From an uncultured cyanobacterium (GTDB taxonomy: Bacteria; Cyanobacteriota; Cyanobacteriia; Phormidesmidales; Phormidesmidaceae), in contig CAWCWM010000016.1 in assembly GCA_963799265.1 (NCBI GenBank), positions 66,260-130,259 on the forward strand: a stretch of DNA of 64,000 bases, read 5' to 3'. The notes beneath the pieces were generated by a model. That model was not told the DNA's origin, ran no database searches, and worked only from the letters and a program-made list of their open reading frames with translations. Each line of letters starts with the position of its first letter. Position 1 is the first letter of the stretch. Of the stretch, positions 10,350 to 19,324 are shown in pieces. Position numbers and translations under genes: made by a program.

Positions 10350-10660
10350 AAGGTGTAGCTGCCCGCTTTTTTCGGCAGAATTTCAATCGCGGTTTCCTAT
10401 TTTAGGGGTATATCCAGGGATTTTCTAAAGTCTGGCAGAATAATTTGCTCCAGGCAGCTACTCGGATCTTTTTGGAGGAAGTTGAGCCGCACGGGTTGAC
10501 CTGCTTGCACCACAATCTGGTCGGGTGAATAGCCACCGTCGACAGTGATATCAATCGTCTGAACCCCATCAGATACCTGCGCCTTTTGAGATGTGTTTTT
10601 ACTCAACTGAGTGCTCAGAAATCGAGCCTTTGATCGAGCCTTTGAAAGTCGTATTTTCAT
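10350..10660 (-). pseudogene. Cupredoxin-domain protein, degraded
   Basis: VDGGYSPDQIVVQAGQPVRLNF-QKDPSSCLEQI; in-frame TAG at 10397 followed by ETAIEILPKKAGSYT; the expected terminal CGMNM-type Cu motif is absent. Confidence 0.75.
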
Positions 10661-10676
10661 GGGTTTATAGCTATCT

Positions 10677-10835
10677 TTAGCGAATGCCTTTGGGTTGAAA
10701 GTTTCTCAGGCGCAGGGCGTTTGTGACGACAGAGACTGAGCTAAATGCCATTGCGGCTCCGGCGATAATTGGATTCAACAGCCAGCCAAAAATAGGATAG
10801 AGAATACCGGCGGCGATTGGGATACCAGCAACGTT
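10677..10835 (-). pseudogene. 3' remnant of a Cu(I) P1B-type ATPase (CopA/PacS type); not in the ORF track
   Basis: Manual translation [46 protein letters not shown] matches the last two TM helices (N..IP.A and MxxSS motifs). Confidence 0.85.
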
Positions 10836-10850
10836 GATCACAGCCGAGAC

Positions 10851-10896
10851 AAATTCCCTTCCTTGGAGGGGGTGGCACGTAGTGATAGGGTGGGTC
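10851..10896. repeat. Single arm of the dispersed inverted-repeat family also seen at 52567-52724
   Basis: aaattcccttccttggagggggtggcacgtagtgatagggtgggtc vs aaatcccctcctcggaggggtggcacgcagtgacggggtgggtc. Confidence 0.7.
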
Positions 10897-10936
10897 TTCG
10901 ACCGGCGCTTCAGCCTTTTTGACCAGCTTCAACGGC

Positions 10937-11856
10937 TTATGAAATCTCCAAAATGCCCATCATGCCCTGATCCTCGTGGTCCAGAATGTGGCAGTGATAA
11001 ACCGTGCGACCTGTAAAGTCTTCAAATTTGACTCGGATAGTAACGGTTTCGTAGCTGCCAACGCTCACCGTATCCTTCCATGCCAGCGGGCGTTCTGGCT
11101 GACCGTTGCGTTCTATAACCTGAAAGCGGTTGGTATGTAAGTGAAAGGGATGATCCATGCTGGCTTTGTTGATGATTCGCCAGTCTTCGACCTGGCCCAG
11201 ACGAGCCTTGGTATTGACTCGATCCATTACAAAGGACTGACCGTTGATGATAAAGCCCGTTGAGCCCGCCGAGCGATCAATGCCGTGGTTCAGCACAAAC
11301 TCACGGGTTGCGTCTGGTGCAGGCAGAAGTTCGACCGGAATCAGCTGTTTGGGGAGTGGCAGTGGTTCGGTATGATGGCTCGGCGCGTAGCGAAGCGTTG
11401 CGATCGCAGCCCGCTTTGGCAGCACAACTCCCGGCATTTGCTTGACGGCCTCGCCCATCGCCTCGGCCATTTCTGTAATGCCCCGATCGTACGGCAGGCT
11501 GAAGATCTCGTAGTCGCCGGGTTCTCTTTGTCCAGGGATGAGCATTTCTGCGCGTTCACCGGGAGAAAGGAAGAGCGTTTCGAGTTCGGCAGGTGATGCG
11601 ATCGCCCGAGCTTCAAGCACAGGGCCTGGAGACTGGCCGTTATAAGTCAGCCGCTGTAGGACTGTTTAGCGATTGTTTGCGTTTGTGCTCTAGCGGTCAA
11701 AGAGAGTTCTAGCAGTCCTTCTCGACTGATAAACCGCTGCAAAGTGTTGTTATGGCTTGCGGTATTGCTATCAAGGGCACAGCGAGACAGCAAAGGGACG
11801 CTGAATGCAGTAGCCGTAAGCCCAATGAACCGGCGATTGAATTGACGACGTTTCAC
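10937..11856 (-). pseudogene. Tat-exported multicopper oxidase with frameshift and large internal deletion
   Basis: MKRRQF Tat leader; TYNGQSPGPVLEAR joined directly to AIASPAELETLFLSPGERAE; C-terminal HPFHLH and HCHILDHEDQGMM intact; N-terminal HxH motifs missing. Confidence 0.85.
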
Positions 11857-11982
11857 GAGTAACCGCTATGCCTGTACATCTATTACACCCATCATACCAA
11901 GCTCCTTATGGTCAAGCAGAATAGCAGCAGCGCATTTATCAGATCGCCATACCCCACCTGGCGCTTCCTCAAAAAGCTTTCT

Positions 11983-13599
11983 TCACTGGCGAGCGATCGC
12001 ACCATAGACATCATTACTATCACCCAACGACCCCACAGCATCATCAGCGAAGTTGTCAGAGAATACTGGCGGTTCACCCAGCGCAAGTACGCTAGCAGAC
12101 GCCGAGTCCTTTTGCTCTATTAGCGATTCTGTCATCATGAAAATCGCGCCGCCTTTACCCTGTCCAGCAGCAGAGGTTGAATCAGCCGGTTCTTTAGGTA
12201 GAGGCCCTGCCAGCGCTAGATTGTGGTCAAAGGTGACCTGATTCAAGGTCAGATGGCCCGAGCGAATAAAGATCGCACCGCCAAAGCCGCCACCGCTGCC
12301 ACCAAAACCGATACCACCGTCACCGCCACCAAACCCACCCCTGCCAGGTTGACCCAGATTACCTACCTGGCCAATCACGCTTTCAGCATCGCTCTTACCG
12401 TCGCTCTTACCGTCGCTCTTACCGTCAAAATTACCGTCAAAATTGCTGACATCACCAAAACCACCCGCACCGCCAAAACCACCCGCACCGCCGCCGCTAC
12501 CAAAGCCGCCGTTCCCACCATTGCCGCCATTGCCACCATTCGCAACTTCTGCCGTGGCATTCGCACCATTGCCGCCATTCCCCGCGTTGCCATAGCCCCC
12601 GAAGCCACCGCCACCGCCAAAGGCGATCGCACCCACGCTCCCATCTTCCTCCCACCGGCCAAAGCTGCCAAAAATACCGGTCCCACCGTCGCCGCCATCG
12701 CCGCCATTGCCACCGCTGCCGCCATTCACCCCCGCATTGCCGCCGTTGCCGCCGTTGCCACCATTCGCAAAACCACCGAAGCCACCGCCGCCGCCAAAGA
12801 CAATACTGCCGATGCCATTGACACCGACGCCGTTGACGCCTGCGATCGCGCCCCGATTCACCTCACTTTTCTCCTTTGCAGCAGCAATCTCAACCTCTAA
12901 AAAGTCTTCTGCTGACAAACCAGAAAGACTGATTCCAGTAATGCTACTCACCGCCCCTCGATTAACCCTATGCGGCATCTCTTGACCTCGAATTCGCACT
13001 TTCACTGGCGATCGCTGACTGCCGCTGCCGCCAATCGCCTGATTATCTAGAAAAGTGACGCGGACTAAACGCACTACGCCTTGATTAATCAACAGACCGC
13101 CGCCCATCCCAGCGCCGCCGCCGCTGCCATTGACGCCCGCTTTGCCCTGGGCTAGTCCATCGGCAATCGTCAGATCGCGAAAGGCGATATCGCCATCGTC
13201 AATTTGAAAGACTCGGTGACGATGACTGCCGCTAATCGTGATATTGCCATTGCCTGCTAGGGTCAAATTGCTTTTGAGCGCAGGCAATGGACTCTGGAGG
13301 GCGATCGCACCTTCAACCCGGCTAAGGTCGATCAGATCATCATCAGGTGCTGCATTCGCCCGGTCAATTGCCCAGCGCAGCGATCCAACGCCCTCGTCAG
13401 CTGTTGTTGTCACCTGAATTTGTTTTAGAGAAGACTGATTTAAAGAAGTTTCTGGAACGGCGCTAACTGTTTGTGCCACAGCAGATGGACTTTCTCGAAC
13501 CGCTGGTTTTAGGTAGCCGAGCCAGCTCCAACCGAGCAGGAAGCTAATTGCAATTACAACAGATAGAACAACATTTCGCCGTCTGTAGATGTTGCTCAT
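11983..13599 (-). CDS. Membrane-anchored glycine-rich surface protein (beta-helix-like with GGNGG tracts)
   Basis: N-terminal TM; VTTTADEGVGSLRWAI motif; GGGAGMGGGLLIN and FGGAIFIRSG flanks; long GGxGG repeats. Confidence 0.7.
   Translation of the reverse strand: MSNIYRRRNVVLSVVIAISFLLGWSWLGYLKPAVRESPSAVAQTVSAVPETSLNQSSLKQIQVTTTADEGVGSLRWAIDRANAAPDDDLIDLSRVEGAIALQSPLPALKSNLTLAGNGNITISGSHRHRVFQIDDGDIAFRDLTIADGLAQGKAGVNGSGGGAGMGGGLLINQGVVRLVRVTFLDNQAIGGSGSQRSPVKVRIRGQEMPHRVNRGAVSSITGISLSGLSAEDFLEVEIAAAKEKSEVNRGAIAGVNGVGVNGIGSIVFGGGGGFGGFANGGNGGNGGNAGVNGGSGGNGGDGGDGGTGIFGSFGRWEEDGSVGAIAFGGGGGFGGYGNAGNGGNGANATAEVANGGNGGNGGNGGFGSGGGAGGFGGAGGFGDVSNFDGNFDGKSDGKSDGKSDAESVIGQVGNLGQPGRGGFGGGDGGIGFGGSGGGFGGAIFIRSGHLTLNQVTFDHNLALAGPLPKEPADSTSAAGQGKGGAIFMMTESLIEQKDSASASVLALGEPPVFSDNFADDAVGSLGDSNDVYGAIARQ
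12397..12444. repeat. In-frame 12-bp tandem repeats (encode NFDG/KSDG)
   Basis: accgtcgctctt x2 then accgtcaaaatt x2, preceded by a partial copy. Confidence 0.85.
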
Positions 13600-13623
13600 A
13601 GGTTTGTTTTTCCGATCGCTAAT

Positions 13624-14301
13624 TTATATTCTGTTGAAGAAAAGCACCATCAGACTCAGGGCAGCTACTACGCTCACTACACCCAGCGCTTCCATCTTCC
13701 AAGAGACAGGCTGAGGGGTGGGTCGCAGCCAAAAGCCCAGCAGCCGAGTGACTAACGGCATGACCGCCCAGGTCAAGAGAGAGGAGGTAATAATATTGTT
13801 GATAATCATCGAATTCGGCATGTTCCAAGACTGCATGAAGCCTAGCGCCGCAAACACCGCAGACTGAATCATCACAGTGGGATACAGCGCCAGGATGACC
13901 GCTGCATTTTGCTTCCAGGCCGGTGGCCCAAAGCCGATTTGCTCGGTACCAGTTTCACGAGAAAACCAGCCTTCGAGCCCGGTTGAAAAAGAGATGAACT
14001 GATAAGAGGCAAACGTTTTTCGACCGCTGTTGATGAGGGCTTCGCGATCGCGCGACTTTATCCACTTGTTCAGCAGATCAGCTGATTCAAAGTGAATAAT
14101 CGAATACCACTTCATCGGCTGATTAGGCAGTTGCCCTCTCACAGGTGAGCACAGATCGGTGCGAATGTGGCCCTTGAAGCGCTTCGCCGTTCGGGTCAAC
14201 CTAGCATGCCACCAGCGAAAAGCCAGCCCCTCACCGTGAGGGACCGTATGTTCAACAACAAGGCTAGCCCCTACTGATAGACTCGCATCAAGATCACTCA
14301 T
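13624..14301 (-). CDS. Antibiotic-biosynthesis-monooxygenase (ABM)-like domain membrane protein
   Basis: IIHFES-DLLNKWIKS-DR, STGLEGWF, PPAWKQ..LALYP, two C-terminal TMs. Confidence 0.75.
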   Translation of the reverse strand: MSDLDASLSVGASLVVEHTVPHGEGLAFRWWHARLTRTAKRFKGHIRTDLCSPVRGQLPNQPMKWYSIIHFESADLLNKWIKSRDREALINSGRKTFASYQFISFSTGLEGWFSRETGTEQIGFGPPAWKQNAAVILALYPTVMIQSAVFAALGFMQSWNMPNSMIINNIITSSLLTWAVMPLVTRLLGFWLRPTPQPVSWKMEALGVVSVVAALSLMVLFFNRI

Positions 14302-14882
14302 CAGTTCTGATTCCGATGCGAATAGGCGCGATCGCTGTTTTGCTGACTGTTGCCCTGTCTGTTGCCCTGTCTGGTGTCCTGTCGATCGAACCGTAGCTGC
14401 TGGTTGATCTGCGGGTTACCGAGATAGCGATCGCCATCTGCCTGCTGTTGTCCCTGAATATCTACCGACTTCAGCGAAATCGATGATTCTGGCACCCAGC
14501 CCTCGGCATAGGGAGGATTATCAAAGCGAATGTGGTTCCAGAGCTTGCTTTGATTGTCGCTCACCTGCTCTATCACCGTGACAGCATCGCCATCGATACC
14601 GTAGCCAACCCGATTTTTTCCTTCTTCTGGCCGAAGGTAGATGGCGATTTTGGCATTAGGCTCTGGGGAGACTAAGTTGGCCGGTTGCTCTGTGGACTGG
14701 TTACCAAAAGACTGATTGCCTTGGCTACCAGACTGATTAGCCGAATAGCCTGCCGCCCAGCTTACGGTGGATAGAGACAGCCACAGGGTCGAGGCCAGAG
14801 TGAGGGCGATCGCAAATAGCATCAGCGCGTTCAATAATCGTGCGCCTGCTCTTTTGGTGAGAATCATCCAGGTTTCTAGCAT
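14301..14882 (-). CDS. Bacterial SH3-domain protein
   Basis: Signal peptide; IYLRPE...GYGIDGDAVTVIEQ...WNHIRFD..AEGWV. Confidence 0.7.
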   Translation of the reverse strand: MLETWMILTKRAGARLLNALMLFAIALTLASTLWLSLSTVSWAAGYSANQSGSQGNQSFGNQSTEQPANLVSPEPNAKIAIYLRPEEGKNRVGYGIDGDAVTVIEQVSDNQSKLWNHIRFDNPPYAEGWVPESSISLKSVDIQGQQQADGDRYLGNPQINQQLRFDRQDTRQGNRQGNSQQNSDRAYSHRNQN

Positions 14883-15044
14883 GTCGTATCGATGAGTAGT
14901 GTATCTGGCAGTTTTTAGATCAAAAAGTCGTTTCGGCTACAATCCATATACTAAGTATTCCTGTTGTATACGGTATGCACCGATAAGATAATAGTACCTC
15001 TAGGCCAATCCGATTAAATTCTCTTTTTCTTTCACTGTGATCTT

Positions 15045-15746
15045 GTGACTTCATCTATCCTTTCCGCTCGTCCCGTCGTACAGCGCCGCAAATCTCTTTA
15101 TGAACAGGTCTACATGGCCTTGCGCACCGGAATTCTGACAGGCGAATTTGAACCAGGTAGCCGCCTGATAGAAACACAGCTCACCGAATGGCTAAACGTC
15201 AGCCGTACGCCGTTGCGGGAGGCCCTGCGTCAGCTACAAAAAGAAGGACTCGTCACTACTGATACCAGCGGTCTACAGGTCGCGACTATTTCTGCGACTG
15301 ATGCGATTGAGCTATACGACTGTCGTCTGGTACTAGAAAAGCTGTCAGTAGCAGGTGCCTGCGAAAAAGCTACCAGACAGCAGCTAAAAGCGTTGGAGCA
15401 GTACGTTATTCAAGCTGAGGCTAGAGATCCAAAAGACACTGATGTACAAACGCTGCTACAGCTATTGGACCTGGACTATCAGTTTCATCATTTGATTGCC
15501 GAAAGCTCGGGCAATCGTCGGCTAGTGTCGCTGCTCGACCAGCTATTTGACGCGATGGCACTGCTGCGCATCCAGACGCTGAAGCAAAATCCGCTGGTGC
15601 TGGAAATTCGGCTAGAGCACCGTCAGGTTTATGAGGCGATCGCACAGCGAGACGCGGCCACTGCGATCGCCACTATCCAGCTACACCTACTGGCTAGCAA
15701 GTCGCGAGTAGTCAAAGAACTTCAGAGCCCTCGGCCAAAGCTTTAG
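15045..15746 (+). CDS. GntR-family regulator (FCD subtype)
   Basis: SLYEQVYMALRTGILTGEFEPGSRLIE-QLTEWLNVSRTPLREAL; DYQFHHLIAESSGN; EHRQVYEAI. Confidence 0.92.
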   Translation: MTSSILSARPVVQRRKSLYEQVYMALRTGILTGEFEPGSRLIETQLTEWLNVSRTPLREALRQLQKEGLVTTDTSGLQVATISATDAIELYDCRLVLEKLSVAGACEKATRQQLKALEQYVIQAEARDPKDTDVQTLLQLLDLDYQFHHLIAESSGNRRLVSLLDQLFDAMALLRIQTLKQNPLVLEIRLEHRQVYEAIAQRDAATAIATIQLHLLASKSRVVKELQSPRPKL

Positions 15747-15750
15747 ATAT

Positions 15751-15782
15751 AGCAAACTGCACAATGCATTGCGCAGTTTGCT
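15751..15782 (+). terminator. Hairpin after gntR
   Basis: agcaaactgc...gcagtttgct. Confidence 0.55.
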
Positions 15783-15824
15783 GAGCACTTTGCTTTGTTT
15801 GAAAAGAGTTGTAGCTATTAATCA

Positions 15825-15880
15825 TGCTGGAAGCAAAGTGCCGGAAGCAAAGTGCCGGAAGCAAAGTGCCGGAAGCAAAG
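15825..15880. repeat. 14-bp tandem repeat x4
   Basis: tgctggaagcaaag + tgccggaagcaaag x3. Confidence 0.9.
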
Positions 15881-16015
15881 TGCAGCAGAACACCCCTCTG
15901 CCAGACACGACTACTTCTAAGCCTTTGGGATGAAATTGTCCACTTGCACTAGCAGACTTTGAATTTGCTGGCTAGAATGGTATCGAAATATACAGTTTTA
16001 GTTGCGAGTTAGATT

Positions 16016-16255
16016 GTGTCAAGTCCATTCCGTTCCGTTCCTTCCGAAAACCCCAGTCAGAAAACACTTGGTCAGACGCTTCAAGCTAGTTGCAAAGCCA
16101 TTGCCAACTTCATGAAGCATCGTCCTCAGCCCTCGGCCAAGCAGTCTGGCGTTTTGCCCAAACATCGCTACGGCGCTAAGGCGGGTCTTTATCCCTACCT
16201 CCCCACTATTGAAGAAGAGCGCGACTGGCTCGAACAAGTTCATGACCTAGAGTAG
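16016..16255 (+). CDS. Small hypothetical protein
   Basis: 79-aa GTG ORF followed by a terminator-like hairpin; no recognised family. Confidence 0.35.
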   Translation: MSSPFRSVPSENPSQKTLGQTLQASCKAIANFMKHRPQPSAKQSGVLPKHRYGAKAGLYPYLPTIEEERDWLEQVHDLE

Positions 16256-16283
16256 TCAGTCAAGCCCTAGTCCAATTCAATCA

Positions 16284-16327
16284 AACAAAACGTCCCTTAG
16301 AGCTTAAGTTCTGAGGGACGTTTTGTT
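16284..16327 (+). terminator. Intrinsic terminator
   Basis: aacaaaacgtccctta...tgagggacgttttgtt. Confidence 0.65.
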
Positions 16328-16458
16328 GGGCGCTCCAGTCGATTGCCATAAAGCAAAAACTGTAGCATGAGGCACAATGATGGTTCTCCGAACTGTATAC
16401 AGTATGCAAAATTACGTGCTCGCAGGCTTAAAAAAGCCTGGATTCTCGGAGATTTCTT

Positions 16459-17904
16459 ATGACTCAGCCAAATGTAGAGCTTCAGCCGATGCCACCCGGA
16501 AAACCGCCTGGCTCGTCGCCACCTCCTTATTCGGGCTGGCAGGCCTCGGTTGCCAAGTACTTCGATTTTGAACATCATCGGACCAACTTCCGTACTGAAA
16601 TACTAGCCGGATTAACCACTTTCATGACGATGGCCTACATCCTAGTGGTGCATCCATTGATCATGTCGGATGCCGTATTCTTACAAGAATCAGGCGATCT
16701 GTTTCGTGAACTGATAGTAGTGACTGGCATTACTGCTGCTATTGGTACTCTGGTGATGGGCCTCTACGCCAAATATCCATTTGTGCTAGCACCTGGCATG
16801 GGTACCAACGCTTTCTTTGCCTATTCAGTAGTATTGGGCCTGGGCATTGACTGGCGAGTAGCGCTAGCGGCTGTGCTGATTGAGGGCCTGATTTTTATTG
16901 CCCTTACTATCACCGATATTCGTCGCCATCTGATTGCGGCTGTGCCCTCCTGCATCAAAGCATCTACCACGGTGGGGATTGGCATGTTCCTAGCCTACAT
17001 TGGCCTCAGCGGAGATACTGCAGTCGGCGGCGCGGGCCTGATTGTGGCCAATGAAGTAACCAAGACGGCGTTTGGTAGCTTTACACAGCCAGCTACTTTG
17101 CTAGCGACCTTTGGCATCTTTCTCTCTGTCTTTTTCATCATCAGACGAATCAAAGGAGCGTTGCTCTGGGGCATCGGCGGTACGGCGATTTTGGGCTGGG
17201 TGTTCGGCGTGGCCCAGGCTCCTACTGGCATCATGGCCATTCCAGAATTCCCTTCTGATCTTGTTGGTCAGGCATTTGTTGGTCTAGGTGGGATCAACGG
17301 TAGCAACATTGTCGACTTTCTTGCAGTTCTGCTGGTCTTTTTGTTTGTCGATATGTTTGACACGATTGGCACGCTGATGGGCGTAGGTACGCAGGCGGGC
17401 TATATCGACGAAAGAGGCGAGCTGCCTCGGGCGAATCAGGCACTTTCGGCTGACGCGATCGCCACTACTGCTGGCGCAATCATGGGGACTTCTACCGTTA
17501 CCACCTTTGCAGAATCCGCAGCTGGCGTCGCAGAAGGCGGACGCACCGGACTAACTGCGGTCGTCGCTGGTCTGATGTTCATTGTCGCTTTGCTGTTCGT
17601 GCCGATTTTTGAGGCGGTGCCTGCTTTTGCGACGGCTCCCGCTCTACTAATTGTGGGTGTGTTAATGATGTCTAGCGTTTCGAGCATCCGCTGGGGCGAT
17701 CTAACAGAAGCCATTCCTGCTTTTGTGACGATGTTCTTTATTCCGCTAGGCTTTTCGATTGCTGCCGGACTATCTGCGGGTCTGATTCTCTATCCTTTCA
17801 CCAAGCTAGCTGCTGGGCGCTCTCGGGAGATTCCAGTTATCACCTGGGTTCTAGCTGCTATCTTCATCTTCCGATTTGCATTTGAAGCCGTGCGTTTTGG
17901 CTAA
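16459..17904 (+). CDS. NCS2/AzgA-family nucleobase permease
   Basis: RTEILAGLTTFMTMAYI, LAPGMGTNAFFAYSVV, FVDMFDTIGTL, ESAAGVAEGGRTGLTAVV. Confidence 0.93.
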   Translation: MTQPNVELQPMPPGKPPGSSPPPYSGWQASVAKYFDFEHHRTNFRTEILAGLTTFMTMAYILVVHPLIMSDAVFLQESGDLFRELIVVTGITAAIGTLVMGLYAKYPFVLAPGMGTNAFFAYSVVLGLGIDWRVALAAVLIEGLIFIALTITDIRRHLIAAVPSCIKASTTVGIGMFLAYIGLSGDTAVGGAGLIVANEVTKTAFGSFTQPATLLATFGIFLSVFFIIRRIKGALLWGIGGTAILGWVFGVAQAPTGIMAIPEFPSDLVGQAFVGLGGINGSNIVDFLAVLLVFLFVDMFDTIGTLMGVGTQAGYIDERGELPRANQALSADAIATTAGAIMGTSTVTTFAESAAGVAEGGRTGLTAVVAGLMFIVALLFVPIFEAVPAFATAPALLIVGVLMMSSVSSIRWGDLTEAIPAFVTMFFIPLGFSIAAGLSAGLILYPFTKLAAGRSREIPVITWVLAAIFIFRFAFEAVRFG

Positions 17905-17916
17905 GAATCGTTTCGG

Positions 17917-19269
17917 CTAAAGAGACGTTTTGACCAGGGAGTCTGAAGCTGGCCCGGTGTGGCTGGCTTCGGGGTTAACTGGCTTTGAATGTTTATCGGC
18001 TTCGATATTGAGGGGCAGCGTCAGCACAAATTCTGTCCCTTGCCCCATTTTGGTATTTACTTCAATTGTTCCGGCGTGTTCTTCTACAACAATTTGCTGG
18101 GCGATCGCAAGTCCCAAGCCAGTCCCCTTACCAACCGCTTTAGTTGTGAACTGCTGGCTGAAAATTCTTTCTTTAGAAGCGTCTGGCATTCCCGTCCCGT
18201 TGTCGGCAATTGCGATCGCAATATGGTTTTGTTTGGCAGCAGTTGTAATCGTAATGTGGTTTGGGTGAGCCTGAATGTCTGCAAAGTTGAGCGCCTGACT
18301 CTTTTCATTGAGCGCATCAATTGCGTTCGCCAGGATGTTCATAAAGACCTGATTGAGCTGCCCAGGGTAGCAGCTAAGTAGTGGAACATCACCATAGTCA
18401 GCAGTCACCTTGATCTCGGGGCGGCGGTCGTCTCCCTTGAGGCGATGACGCAAGATTAGCAGCGTACTATTTATGCCTTCGTGAATGTCAAAGTCCTGTT
18501 TTTCCTCTGTATCGGTCCGAGAAAAGGTTCGCAGGCTTCTGCTGATTGCTTTGATGCGATCGCCACCGTCTTGCATAGCTCTGACCAGTTTGGGCAAATC
18601 ATCACGCAGATAATCCAGATCAATCTCTTCTATTTCGGCCTCTATCTCATCGCCAGGCTGAGGAAATTTTTCACCGTATAGCTCAATCAAATTGAACAAA
18701 TCTTCAATGTAGTCTCGCACAGCGCTGACGTTACCGACAATACAGCCAATAGGGTTGTTGATTTCGTGAGCGACGCCCGCTACTAGAGAGCCTAGTGCCG
18801 ACATCTTTTCGTGTTGAACCATTTGCAGCTGTGAGGCTTGCAGTTCTTCTTTGACCTGTGCAACTTGCTGCGAGAGCGACTGGGTGAGCTGATGCAGCTG
18901 TAGGTGGGTTCTGACCCGCGCCAAGACCTCTTTGTCGTGGAAAGGTTTGACAATATAGTCGACTGCTCCCAAATCTAAGGCTTCGACTTTGCTCTTCGCA
19001 TCGGTCAGCGCTGTCATAAAAATGACTGGGATATGACGGGTACGCTCGTTTGACTTTAAGCGTCGGCAGGTTTCAAAGCCGTCAATACCCGGCATCATCA
19101 CGTCAAGCAGAATCAAATCGGGTAGGCATCGCTCTACCTGCTGAAGGGCACGCTCGCCATTGGTTGCGATCGCAATGTCAAACCCTGCATCCCCGAGTGC
19201 ATCCGAAACTACCGCTAAGTTAATCGGCATGTCATCCACAATCAAAACTAATCCGGTCACGGTAGGCAT
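17917..19269 (-). CDS. Hybrid response regulator-histidine kinase (REC-HisKA-HATPase)
   Basis: LIVDD, LILLDVMMPGIDG, VAGVAHEINNP, NQVFMNILANAIDA, GKGTGLGL. Confidence 0.93.
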   Translation of the reverse strand: MPTVTGLVLIVDDMPINLAVVSDALGDAGFDIAIATNGERALQQVERCLPDLILLDVMMPGIDGFETCRRLKSNERTRHIPVIFMTALTDAKSKVEALDLGAVDYIVKPFHDKEVLARVRTHLQLHQLTQSLSQQVAQVKEELQASQLQMVQHEKMSALGSLVAGVAHEINNPIGCIVGNVSAVRDYIEDLFNLIELYGEKFPQPGDEIEAEIEEIDLDYLRDDLPKLVRAMQDGGDRIKAISRSLRTFSRTDTEEKQDFDIHEGINSTLLILRHRLKGDDRRPEIKVTADYGDVPLLSCYPGQLNQVFMNILANAIDALNEKSQALNFADIQAHPNHITITTAAKQNHIAIAIADNGTGMPDASKERIFSQQFTTKAVGKGTGLGLAIAQQIVVEEHAGTIEVNTKMGQGTEFVLTLPLNIEADKHSKPVNPEASHTGPASDSLVKTSL

Positions 19270-19324
19270 AGGAATATGGCGTCTATGATATTTGCTAGGG
19301 CTTGATAGTTTTGACTCGCTACAG

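Noticed and set aside
12223-12985. Long + strand ORFs (225 aa, 92 aa) over the glycine-rich gene
   Set aside because: Antisense shadows of GGN codon repeats; low-complexity Thr/Ala/Pro translations.
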